From Octopus bimaculoides (Eukaryota), in NCBI RefSeq assembly GCF_001194135.2, contig NC_068989.1, positions 12,752,202 to 12,816,201 of the forward strand: a stretch of DNA of 64,000 bases, given 5' to 3'. Of this stretch, positions 27,382 through 39,749 are shown one piece after another (the stretch's first letter is position 1; each line of letters starts with the position of its first letter). The position numbers and the translations under genes are program-made. Under the pieces are notes generated by a model that made no database searches, was not told where the DNA came from, and worked only from the letters and a program-made list of their open reading frames with translations.

Positions 27382-27617
27382 AAGAAGCTTAATGCCCTCG
27401 CGCTTGACAGAACCGAGAGGTTTCAATTTTAATAAATGCAAAAGTGCTAGGACATTGACTGACGAAGACATCGGCTGGTAATGGTCCATGTATCATGCTT
27501 TTGTCCAGTTTCCTGTTTGTTATGTTATCATCTAGTTTTTCGAATGATTTTTGTTGGATTTCCGCTTGGTGTGTTTACTTCCTGTGTTCTTTCTGTTCAA
27601 TCCTGGATTCATATATA

Positions 27618-27851
27618 TATGGTTCAGTGGCTAGAGCATCGAGATGACAATCATAAGGTAGTGAGTTCGATTCCTGGGACGGGCTATATGTTGTGTTTTT
27701 GAGCAAGACACTATATTTCATGTTTCTTCAGTTCACCTAGCTATAGAAATGGCGTGGAGAGGGGAGACTGGTATGCATGGGCGACTGCTTATCTTCTATA
27801 AGCAACCTTGCACGAATTTTCTAGATACAATGCCATGGTTATTCATGACCG

Positions 27852-27855
<4 letters not shown>
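27618..27855 (+). mobile_element. CORE-type SINE family F (internally deleted)
   Basis: GGTTCAGTGGCTAGAGC A-box, GAGTTCGATTCC B-box, TTGAGCAAGACAC CORE-like; matches the reverse complement of 38500-38778. Confidence 0.8.
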
Positions 27856-27884
<29 letters not shown>

Positions 27885-28850
27885 NNNNNNNNNNNNNNNN
27901 NNNNNNNNNNNNNNNNNNNNNNNNNNNNNNNNNNNNNNNNNNNNNNNNNNNNNNNNNNNNNNNNNNNNNNNNNNNNNNNNNNNNNNNNNNNNNNNNNNNN
28001 NNNNNNNNNNNNNNNNNNNNNNNNNNNNNNNNNNNNNNNNNNNNNNNNNNNNNTATATATATACATACATATACATTTTGAGGATGTATCTTCCACTAAT
28101 AAGAATCGAGATACCAACTGGCATTATCAAATGTATTGAAAGGAACTTCCTGAATATATATGTATAAACAGCCTAAGAAATTATAAACTATAACGTTCAT
28201 AAAAGAAAATGGAGAAGAAAATATGTAATATATGCTTGGTTCATTTTATTTATATCACAATGGAAAAGTAATGCAAAGTAAATTTCTCAAATTAGTTATT
28301 TCGTAATTCAAGACAAGAAAATGTACACACTTTTCCCTGAAGAAACCCAGCAATATATCGTTTATTACATCGATATTCATTCGAATGTTGATGATTCTAC
28401 CAGCTCGCCGCCTTAGAGTGTGTAAAAATTGATTTGTAAAAAGTAGTTTGAACTGAGTTTTCTTCTAAAGCAACAACGAACAAATGTAAATAAGAAAACC
28501 ACTAGGATCCTTTCTGGAGAATTTTGGGCCTGAGGTTGCACACCCTAAACAAGTTTCCTTCCCGAATCAATACGTGTTTGGCGTGCATATGTATGCACAT
28601 CACATTGACTTATGTGCACGTTCATGCCTCTGTTTGTGTAAATCAGTAACTGTTTGTGCATTCACACGTGTGAGTTTGTGTGTATGTATGCATATACATA
28701 CGTAGATACTAAACAATACTGAAATGAACCGAAATCTGTGATTAAAATTTTATACTGTATTCGCATATTTACACTATAGTCATGCAAGTACATGTGCCTG
28801 CGTGTGCGTGGTTATGTGTGCTTGTGTGTACGTAAGTCTCTATGTGTGCA

Positions 28851-28881
<31 letters not shown>

Positions 28882-31456
28882 AAGTTGATTCGACATGCAC
28901 GTTGTTAATTGAAGACACAAACACACACGGACGGACACATAGGGCCGGGCTCACATATACATCTATACTCACATGTGCACGTGTGGACACTCACGCACAC
29001 ATATATACATACATACATGCTTTTATCTATATGAATATATATATATATATANNNNNNNNNNNNNNNNNNNNNNNNNNNNNNNNNNNNNNNNNNNNNNNNN
29101 NNNNNNNNNNNNNNNNNNNNNNNNNNNNNNNNNNNNNNNNNNNNNNNNNNNNNNNNNNNNNNNNNNNNNNNNNNNNNNNNNNNNNNNNNNNNNNNNNNNN
29201 NNNNNNNNNNNNNNNNNNNNNNNNNNNNNNNNNNNNNNNNNNNNNNNNNNNNNNNNNNNNNNNNNNNNNNNNNNNNNNNNNNNNNNNNNNNNNNNNNNNN
29301 NNNNNNNNNNNNNNNNNNNNNNNNNNNNNNNNNNNNNNNNNNNNNNNNNNNNNNNNNNNNNNNNNNNNNNNNNNNNNNNNNNNNNNNNNNNNNNNNNNNN
29401 NNNNNNNNNNNNNNNNNNNNNNNNNNNNNNNNNNNNNNNNNNNNNNNNNNNNNNNNNNNNNNNNNNNNNNNNNNNNNNNNNNNNNNNNNNNNNNNNNNNN
29501 NNNNNNNNNNNNNNNNNNNNNNNNNNNNNNNNNNNNNNNNNNNNNNNNNNNNNNNNNNNNNNNNNNNNNNNNNNNNNNNNNNNNNNNNNNNNNNNNNNNN
29601 NNNNNNNNNNNNNNNNNNNNNNNNNNNNNNNNNNNNNNNNNNNNNNNNNNNNNNNNNNNNNNNNNNNNNNNNNNNNNNNNNNNNNNNNNNNNNNNNNNNN
29701 NNNNNNNNNNNNNNNNNNNNNNNNNNNNNNNNNNNNNNNNNNNNNNNNNNNNNNNNNNNNNNNNNNNNNNNNNNNNNNNNNNNNNNNNNNNNNNNNNNNN
29801 NNNNNNNNNNNNNNNNNNNNNNNNNNNNNNNNNNNNNNNNNNNNNNNNNNNNNNNNNNNNNNNNNNNNNNNNNNNNNNNNNNNNNNNNNNNNNNNNNNNN
29901 NNNNNNNNNNNNNNNNNTATATATATATATATATATATTCTGTAGAATTTACTTTGACGAATAAAAGAATACAAGAATTGAAACAATTTTACCACCCACC
30001 TTTATTCTTGTATAGAAATTAAACGTCGCCTTGTGTCTTTATATTGTCTTATTAATAGGAAAATTAATAGGAAAACTGATAACGGTAAATCGTGTTCTTA
30101 CCGTTTGATGCAACACATGCAAGTGCGTATACACGCACGGGTAAACAAACCCATACGCTGACGCATTGAGAAAAGGATTTAATCATACACATAGTTATAC
30201 ATTCATTATAGCCTGTTGATTAACATTTCACGTTTAATATCACTGAGAACTGCAGATACAGTTAGCACCTGGTAAGATAGAATCATTTTGCTACTTCAGA
30301 ACCTGCCTCTAGCAACTTCAACAGTGGGCGGAATTTCTTAAAAGGAACAAAAGCGTGTTGCCCTTCCTGCTTTCTACCCCCAAAGCAACTTATTGAAGAA
30401 TAATTCATCGCCAATCTCCTCTGCAAGATGCGGACAATTTATGCTTTATTTCTAAAATATTATTTTCGCTTCTTGTGAATATGTTTTTGTGTAAAATTCC
30501 TTACATTCAACAGGTATAAGAAGCAGTTCATCTTGCTGAGAGTAGCAGCAGCGGTAGCATCGGTGGCAAAAGAAATACAGTAATGTCTCACAGTACGAGT
30601 TTAATTCGTTCCATCACTGAGCTCGTCTTACGATTTATTCGTTTTACAAATCAATTTTTCCCCATTGAATTTAAGTAAAATATAATTAAACCGTTCCAGC
30701 CCCGCAAAAACACGCAAAAATATTTTTTTATCGGTTATAACACAGAAAGGGTGTCGTTAGAAGTAAAATGACAATTGTAAACAATAGAATGCAAAAGAAA
30801 TATGTAAACTGAATTACCTTAAAGATGGGACCATTTGTGCGCTCGTACTGCAGAATTTCGCTCATACTTCAAGACAAAATTTCGTACGAGTCTCGGCTCG
30901 AACAGCATACTACTCGTACAATGGTGTACTCGTACTGGGAGGTTCTACTGTAGATGTAGTAGTAATAGTAGCAGCAGCAGCAGTAGTAGTAGTAAGAAGT
31001 TATTGAAGAAGAAAAATTGAATACACTAGAGATAAATGTAATAGCTAAGATAATAGACAAATAAATGGTTGAAGAAAACAAGATCTCCTGCCCACTTCGC
31101 CCCCAAAACATATTCAACACGCTTTTTTTTTATGTCCGCCTCTTTACTACTGAGAACCCCAAATAGTTTGCACCGTTATACTTACTTCTTCACCGTTAAT
31201 GGTTTTGGACAAGCTTCTAGCGGGACTACAAAATCAATGCTTGTGTTTAAAAGAAGTCAGCATTGTATATCTCAAATTTATTATACGGGTAACAAAGTAG
31301 ATCCTTTGCATTCAACATATCCCTAATATATTTAAAAATTTCACTGCTTAATAAAGTACGGAGGACCTTTATTTGGCTGCTCGATTTGCGACAAAGGCAA
31401 CCAAATCTCCCTGATTCTGTATTACATCGTTTTAAACGATGAACGTGAGAAATAAA

Positions 31457-31595
31457 ACATTATTTACATTTGATGGATATTTGTCCTCATCTTTGTTGTT
31501 AACACAACGTTTCGGCTGGTATACCCTCTAGCCTTCTTCAGGTCTCTTGGGGAAAGTTCGAACCTGGGTTCTCATTCGTTAGGTATTCTTCGATG

Positions 31596-31631
<36 letters not shown>

Positions 31632-31703
31632 TCACTACTTGGAATCGAACTCGGAATCTTGGGGTTAGTAGCCCGCGCTCTTAACCACTACGCCATATGC
31701 CCG
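31457..31703 (-). mobile_element. tRNA-headed, hammerhead-bearing SINE-like element (family D), minus copy
   Basis: Minus strand: GGGCATATGGCGTAGTGGTTAAGAGCGC (A-box), GAGTTCGATTCC (B-box), (AAT)n, then the hammerhead motif and GAGGACAAATATCC..AATGTAAATAATGT. Confidence 0.88.
31501..31546 (-). ncRNA. Minimal type-I hammerhead ribozyme motif
   Basis: GAGAC-CUGAAGA-A-GGCUA[GAGGGUAUAC]CAGCC-GAAAC-GUU-GUGUU; core intact, one mismatch each in stems I and II. Confidence 0.6.
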
Positions 31704-31704
31704 T

Positions 31705-32252
31705 GGGGGAAATTTCCCCAAGACACCCGAAGAAGGCTGGAGGGTATATCAGCCGAAGCGTTGTGCTAACAACAAACAAGATGAGGACAAATATACGTCG
31801 AATGTAAATGATGTTTCAGTTCGGGCACTCCGTCGCTTACAACGTCGAGGGTTCCAGTTGATCCTATCAATGGAACAGCCTGCTCGTGAAATTAACGTGC
31901 AAGTGGCTGAGCACTCCACAGACATGTGTACCCTTAACGTAGTTCTAGCGGATATTCAGCGTGACGCAGTGTGACAAGGCTGACCCTTTGAATTACAGGC
32001 ACAACAGAAGCAGGAAGTAAGAGTGAGAGAAAGTTGTGGTAAAAGAGTACAGCAGGGTTCACCACCATCCCCTGCCGGAGCTTCGTGGAGTTTTAGGTGT
32101 TTTCGCTCAATAAACACTCACAACGCCCGGTGTGGCAATCGAAACCGCGATCCTATGACCGCGGGTCCGCTGCCCTAACCACTGGACCATTACGCCTCCA
32201 CGTAAATAATGTAAATAATGTAAATAATTCTTCATCTCTTAAATATAGGACT
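31705..32252 (+). mobile_element. Inverted (plus) copy of the family D tail, interrupted by a family C SINE
   Basis: GGGGAAATTTCCCCAAGACAC-CCGAAGA...GAAGC (mutated hammerhead core, 31722-31767). Resumes after 32201 with (GTAAATAAT)3 TCTTCATCTCTTAAATATAGGACT. Confidence 0.8.
31814..32201 (-). mobile_element. tRNA-derived SINE family C nested in the family D tail
   Basis: Matches 5174-5554; flanked by GTAAATGATGT and GTAAATAATGT (about 11-bp TSD, 1 mismatch). Confidence 0.9.
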
Positions 32253-32589
32253 GTGAGAAATAAACGTTAGCAGTCAATGGAATATAACACCACTTATTCG
32301 TTCAACTCGCACTCGAATCTGTTGTCACCTACTGACTAGTCACAGGTTTAACGAGCATAAAATGTTCTACAGAATCCACTGTCTAGCTCAACAAGACGCA
32401 TTAGAAGAATTTGTGGGAAATACCATAAACACTTAAAAGTACGAAGACTCACATTTCAAAAATTCTCCCTCATATAGAAAAGAAGGCAAAATAATACAAG
32501 AAAAAATTACTCCTGCATCTCAGACACGTAGCTGTATCTGGTGTCGCAGAGGTGTCTCAGATAAAAATGTTGGAAAATATGATGATTGT

Positions 32590-33270
32590 AGTCCATCGTT
32601 CTAATTTTGGCACAAGGCCAGGAATTTCGAGATGAGGTGAAAGTTGATGATATCGATCATGTTTTCAACTGTTAATTATTTTATCGATCTCAGAAAGATA
32701 AAAGGCAAAGTCGACCGATACGTCATTTCACCTTAGAACGTTAAGCACCGGAAGAAATGCCGATACGCAGTTTTTCCGGTGAAGTAACAATTATACCATT
32801 TCAGTGCCTTTATGATTATAATCTTTTCTATTACATGCATAAGTCTTGACAATTTCGGGATGGGTGCTAATCGATTACATCGACTCCAGTTCTCAACTGG
32901 TATTCTTTCATCGATCCCGCATGGATGAAACGCAAGGTCAACCGCGGCAGAATTTGATCTCAATGTAAGGACAGACGAAATGCCTTTGAGCATTTTGTCC
33001 GGCACAGTAACGATTCTTCCAACTCGCCATGTTCCCTTATGATAATAATGATAATCCTTTCTAGTATAGGTACAAAGCTTGAAATCTTGGAGAAAGAGCC
33101 ACTCAATTAAATCGACCCCAGTGCTCTACTAGTTATTATTTCATCGCCCCCAAAGTACAAGATAAAAGCAAAGTCAACCTCGTGAGAATTAGAACTAAGA
33201 ATATAAAGGCAGGCGAAATATCGTGAAGCGTATTGTCCAGCGTGCTAGCGATTCTGCCACCACGCAACTT
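32590..33270 (-). mobile_element. Three diverged SINE family A (variant 2) copies
   Basis: Repeated AAAGGCAAAGTCGAC/AAAGCAAAGTCAACC, TCGACCCCAGTGCTC and TAGCGATTCTGCCA motifs at about 32590-32790, 32840-33030 and 33055-33270. Confidence 0.75.
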
Positions 33271-33271
33271 C

Positions 33272-33313
<42 letters not shown>

Positions 33314-33394
33314 NNNNNNNNNNATAATAATAATAATAATAACAACAACAACAATAATAATAATAATAATAGATGCACAACCTGCAATGATTTT

Positions 33395-34175
<781 letters not shown>

Positions 34176-35278
34176 CCATTGCACCGTCTTAAAGAATGCA
34201 TCATTATAAATATCGAATGAACTTTCAACAAAAGGAACTCTTTTCTTACCTGGAACGATTTCCCCCAAAACTAATTCATTGAAACTAATGCTGAATAAGC
34301 TAGAAATCAATTTTATTAAAAAAGAAATCTGGAAGGTTAATGTGAAACACTTGTGAATCGCCACGAGTTAAACTATATTCAAAAGTATCAGTATATAAAC
34401 TAAACAATCTTGTAAAGAAATAGACAACAAAATATAGCTGAACAGTTCTGAACAATTGGGAGGCAGTGTTTTTATTATAGTTTTTATAGTCACGTTCTCA
34501 GCAGGTTTGAGCGTGTCTATTTTACTACGAAGCACATTTACATCTTACTAAGGTGCATGTCACATTGACATCTTGGATATTTAAGATTTTTATTTGTATA
34601 TTACATCCGTTTTTATTTTCATTGTAGGATTGTTATATTTCTGGTGGCATTACAGGTACCATGATATTATACATGTACTAATTTCTGGTTAAAGTGCATA
34701 AGATGTAAGTTACTTTCCTTTGTACATCAGATTAAGATATATTTTCATGAAAGGGAAACTTCCTTAAATTTTCCTATCAGTTTCTTAGTATCGATCCTAA
34801 GTTATTTAATGAATGATCTGCAGAAATGAACATGTAAGTAAAATATGTATTTTCTCGAATCCGAAAACCAAGATCCTTTGGAAAACAAGATAAAAACTAA
34901 GACACCTGTGCACACACATACATATAGAGACTCCAACACGCGTACACTCACAATCTACATTCCGAGGAAATAGGGTTTCTCACAATAGCTCATATGGGAT
35001 TCAGATATTACTAAACCCAAAGGCAGTAACTGAATACTGTAAAAAGAGGCATGAATTGATTACAATGAAGCTTTTGAGAGCGCTCACTACAGATAAATTA
35101 TGAAAAATTAGTAACAAAAGCAAACAGTTACACCACGTGAGTCATGAGGAAACAAAAAAATATTAATTATTATATTGATTTGGAGGATCGGAGGACTGAC
35201 TAATTTCTTAGAACATCAGAAAACATTTGCATAATATTTTTCTCGTTCTATATGTTGTGGGCTTAAAACTTTTCGAGA

Positions 35279-36017
35279 TAAACTTTGCCTTTCTTTTTTT
35301 CGGGGTCGAAGTACATGTCAGCTTATATGGACTATGGGATATGCTAACCCACTCCTTTCAAAAGTGCTGGAATTGAGCCTGAATTAAAATCATTGTATTG
35401 ATTCCATTAGAAAGATAGAATTATAAAACAGGATATCAATTCCTGTTAGAAGAAATTTTCAAGAGGAACAAATCTCTATTTATACTTTTACTTATCACCA
35501 CTCTTCGGAAGCATGTTAAGTTAGAATAAAAGTTACTGAGTGCGATAATAATTGCCAGCCTCTGAAATCAGATGATGAGTTCTAGGTGACAAGATGCTTA
35601 TATCTTGCAATTTCAGTAAGGACTTAAGTCGTTAATTCACAATGGATAAAAGTCGTAAATTATTTATGAATATTAATGAGATACAATGTAGTATATTATA
35701 CAAAATCCAAATTGCATGACAGTAAATAAAAACATTAATTCCTTTTTTTTATTAGATGTTCTTGTATGGGGCAATCAAACTTATCAGAGATTCAAAAATA
35801 AACTAGAAATTAACAAATTGTGCCACGCAGCCAATATATATCAAGGGACGCATATATCAAGGGACGCATGATATTTCTATCCTTTTAATGGAATCACTAC
35901 AATGATTTATAATTCAGGCTCAATGCCTGCACTTTTGAAAGGAGTGGGTTAGCAGATTCCAGAGGTAATATAAGCTGACATGTACTCAACTCCGGAAAAA
36001 AGAAAGGCAAAATTTAT
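35279..36017. repeat. Inverted duplication with about 150-bp arms (35279-35424 and 35873-36017)
   Basis: The right arm reverse complement aligns along the whole left arm (AGTACATGTCAGCTTATA, TGCTAACCCACTCCTTTCAAAAGTGC, ATTGAGCCTGAATTA, GATTCCATTA). Confidence 0.9.
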
Positions 36018-36729
36018 ATAATATTCGCAGGTCATAGCTATCATTGCGTTGGTCAGTAACCGATTGTTACAACCGTATAGCTACTTCAAATAGCCCTTTA
36101 ATTTTCTATATGCATGGTGTTTTCTTTCTGTTTTTCTTTTGCTTTATTCATGCGAATATTTATCGTTGTCCATTACATGCCAGATGCAAGTATATTATGG
36201 GTTGTTGGAATGGATTCCATGCTTCGTGTAGGACGGTTGGTTACAAACTCAGAGAGCTATACCGAACGTAATTCTGCTTCTTTCGGGGGGAAATGGTTGT
36301 ATATTTTTGCCAGGACAATATAGATGCATATATATATTTTTTTTCTATCAGAATTTCGAGAGGTCTTTATTTTCTATCATTGTATATTTGATTCACACTT
36401 GTCTGCACAGTTTTAAATATTCGCATGTGAGTAGCTTTCGCGAAGTATTGAAGTATACGATTTTCTTTGAGACTACTCTGGCTGCTATGTATATATTAGT
36501 TGATTTATCCTAGGTGATATTGATGCGCACATTTGTTTCCAGAACATCTATGATTGTAAAGTTCGCATGATTTTATTTTTTGTTATTACGCTGCTACTTT
36601 ATAGTCAGGTTTTATCTTTGGAATGCTTTTTCATTGATACATAAACATAGGTACATATATCGATTTTAATTCCTTTTACGATTTCTACCACCAGATTATT
36701 GACATATTGCACATTTCCACCTTTATAAC

Positions 36730-37075
36730 GTTCTACTATTAATATTTTTTCTGGTGTTCACTAGCTTTCATATTTCTGGTTCAAATTCGACCTTTCTTGC
36801 TCAATATCCAGTAGATAAACTGGGGTTTGATTTTGATGCATATTGTAATGTCTGTAGTTCAACTTTCCTATATTCGTGATATAAGTCCTGAAGATTTTAA
36901 TTTTTTTTATTTTCGTCATTTCTATTTGTGATATGAATTCTTTCGCTTGTTATACTATTCCCTAGAGTGTATTTTCTTAATGTGTCCTTTATTTCACGTG
37001 TTCTATTTCTATACCTGTTTATTCTTGTCTTTAAGTATGCATCAACTTCCTTTAGTAATTGTGTTGGGATCTAAA
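36730..37075 (-). mobile_element. Highly decayed RTE-like LINE fragment
   Basis: Minus translation includes KEVDAYLKTRINR...KIKIFRTYIT, resembling the post-RT KIRIFRA.V.S region. Confidence 0.4.
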
Positions 37076-37220
37076 GTCACTTGAATAAACAATGTTATTT
37101 CTCAGCAGACATTATGTACATGTATGTTGTTATAGTTTCATTTTCGATGTAGAAATAGCAGTAAAATTAGGATGTTGTTTAGTGACGGACTGACTGATTC
37201 GCAAGTCCATTTAATAAATT

Positions 37221-37335
37221 GGCTGTGGTAAGAAGCTTTCTTCCCAAGCGCATGGCTCAGGATTCAGTCCCACTCCGTAGCACCTCAGGCAAGTGTCTTC
37301 AACCATAGCCTCGGATCGACCAAAGCTTTGGTCGG

Positions 37336-37374
<39 letters not shown>

Positions 37375-37630
37375 CTCTCTCTCTCTCTCTNNNNNNNNNN
37401 NNNNNNNNNNNNNNNNNNNNNNNNNNNNNNNNNNNNNNNNNNNNNNNNNNNNNNNNNNNNNNNNNNNNNNNNNNGTGTGTATGTGTGTGTGTGTGCGTGC
37501 GCGCGCGCGCGTTTGTGTGTGTATGTGTGTCTATGTTTGTCCTCCCATCATCGCTTGATGATCAATGAGGGTGTGTTTATGTCACCATAACTTAGCGGTT
37601 CGGCAAATACGACCGAAATACGATAGAATA
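37221..37630 (+). mobile_element. CORE-type SINE family B spanning a microsatellite and a gap
   Basis: GGCTGTGGTAAGAAGC head, CACCTCAGGCAAGTGTCTTC CORE, 3' part CATCATCGCTTGATG..TAACTTAGCGGTTCGGCAAA. Confidence 0.82.
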
Positions 37631-38286
37631 AGTATTAGGCGTACAATTTCATTCGGCGTATAATTTCATTCAATCTTGTGCTTTTGTGACTTTAGAAGGT
37701 TCTTTGCTATCTTTTAAACTTCTTTTTTAAAAAGACACACGCACGCGCGCAACCACACATACACACACACACACAAAGCGAGCGTACACACAGGCGCATG
37801 CACACACACACAGGAACACACACACACACACTGTTATATATACTTTAGAAACCATTATTATCTTAGGTCGAAAGAATATTATGTGCCCTCAAAACTGCTC
37901 AAAATAATAGTTATCTTCTTGAGTTTTTCGAACATATCTAATTCAGTTTTCCTATAAGCCACATCTGGCTTGCAATAAAATTAGCAGTGCTGTATAAAAC
38001 CTATCCTAGAATCCTTGACACATGATATCCAATGGCTGACTGGAGATGGGAGGACTTTCACGAATGCAGTAGGAGGTGAGGTGAAAGCTCTGATAAAGAG
38101 GTGGGAGGTGTAACGGAATGATAGAGAGAATGGGACATCTGCCGTTGACTTTGAATCTCAAAAGCCAGTTTATAGTTTTGCTAGATTGGTATTTGAAACA
38201 CAATATTTCTCTTAATTTTTACGGAAATTTAGGATAAAATTATTGTCTGTAACTTATATTGTTATCATATTCATCAAATTTTAATA

Positions 38287-38487
38287 TACGAGGAGGATGC
38301 GGACAATTTCCTGGCTTTAGGTAAAAGAAAATACAAGACGGTCAATTATTATTTTATTTAAGCATGTTCCCTTAATTCATATGCCCTTCAGTTTTTCTAA
38401 GCCCTGTAAAAGTACTTAAAATGTTGTGCCTCCAACCTTGTCTTTCTCGACACCCTTAAAGCAAGGAACTTCAGTACCCTCTCTCAT
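38287..38487. mobile_element. Mariner-derived MITE (about 200 bp)
   Basis: TACGAGG...TTCCTGGCTTT start and AAAGCAAGGAACTTCAGTACCCTCTC end; same family as 39341-39510. Confidence 0.7.
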
Positions 38488-38499
38488 CTGTATATACAT

Positions 38500-38778
38500 A
38501 TATACGCTGAGACCCCCTTCAGTCCTGACTGCCCATGGGATTGCACCTAGAAAGTTACCCTCCGAGGCACAAGTCCGGACAAGGTGGTATTTATAGAAGA
38601 CCAGCAGTCGCCCATGCATACCGATCTCCCCTCTCCACGCTACCAGTGTTATCCAAGGGATAAGGCAAAGGAGCCAATACAACTTGGCACCTGTGACGTC
38701 GCAACTCATTTCTACAGCTGAGTGAACTGGATCAACGTGAAATAAAGTGTCTTACTCAAGAACACAACACGCAGCCTG
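38500..38778 (-). mobile_element. CORE-type SINE family F (5' end in gap)
   Basis: Reverse complement has TTGAGTAAGACACTTTATTTCACG..GTGGCGTGGAGAGGGGAG..GGTATGCATGGGCGACTG, as in 27618-27855. Confidence 0.85.
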
Positions 38779-39340
38779 NNNNNNNNNNNNNNNNNNNNNN
38801 NNNNNNNNNNNNNNNNNNNNNNNNNNNNNNNNNNNNNNNNNNNNNNNNNNNNNNNNNNNNNNNNNNNNNNNNNNNNNNNNNNNNNNNNNNNNNNNNNNNN
38901 NNNNNNNNNNNNNNNNNNNNNNNNNNNNNNNNNNNNNNNNNNNNNNNNNNNNNNNNNNNNNNNNNNNNNNNNNNNNNNNNNNNNNNNNNNNNNNNNNNNN
39001 NNNNNNNNNNNNNNNNNNNNNNNNNNNNNNNNNNNNNNNNNNNNNNNNNNNNNNNNNNNNNNNNNNNNNNNNNNNNNNNNNNNNNNNNNNNNNNNNNNNN
39101 NNNNNNNNNNNNNNNNNNNNNNNNNNNNNNNNNNNNNNNNNNNNNNNNNNNNNNNNNNNNNNNNNNNNNNNNNNNNNNNNNNNNNNNNNNNNNNNNNNNN
39201 NNNNNNNNNNNNNNNNNNNNNNNNNNNNNNNNNNNNNNNNNNNNNNNNNNNNNNNNNNNNNNNNNNNNNNNNNNNNNNNNNNNNNNNNNNNNNNNNNNNN
39301 NNNNNNNNNNNNNNNNNNNNNNNNNNNNNNNNNNNNNNNN

Positions 39341-39510
39341 GGATCAGTTAAGTATGACTTTATTCAACATGTTCCCTCTCAGATTCACACACTTAATGCA
39401 GAGGCCTATCAGTTTTTCTAAACCCTTTAAAAAAACGTAGAAAGTTGGGCCTCGAACCAGGCTTTTCGCCATGCCCTTAAAGCCAGGCATTTTTCAAAAC
39501 CACCTTGTAT
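39341..39510 (-). mobile_element. Mariner-derived MITE, second copy
   Basis: Minus frame FFKGLEKLIGLCIKCVNLRG resembles a mariner C-terminus; TIR-like AAAGCCAGGCATTTTTCAAAACCACCTTGTA. Confidence 0.75.
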
Positions 39511-39518
39511 TTATTTCT

Positions 39519-39749
39519 TATTTCTTTATTGCCCACAAGGAGCTAAACATAGAGGGGACAAAAAAAAGACAGACAAAAGGATTAAGTCGATTACATCGAC
39601 CCCAGTGCGTAACTGGTACTTAATTTATCGACCCCGAAAGGATGAAAAGTAATGTTGACCTCAGCGGAATTTGAACTCAGGACGTAACGACAGACTAAAT
39701 CCTGCCTAGCATTTCGCCCGGTGTACTAGCGTTCTGCAAGCTCGCCGCC
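39519..39749 (-). mobile_element. SINE family A (variant 1) with 12-bp TSD
   Basis: Full length; GTATTTATTTCT at 39507-39518 and 39753-39764. Confidence 0.93.

Noticed and set aside
31628-31703. tRNA-like sequence (also 59192-59262 and the family C/F heads)
   Set aside because: D-arm and boxes are present, but the acceptor and T stems do not pair. These are SINE heads, not tRNA genes.
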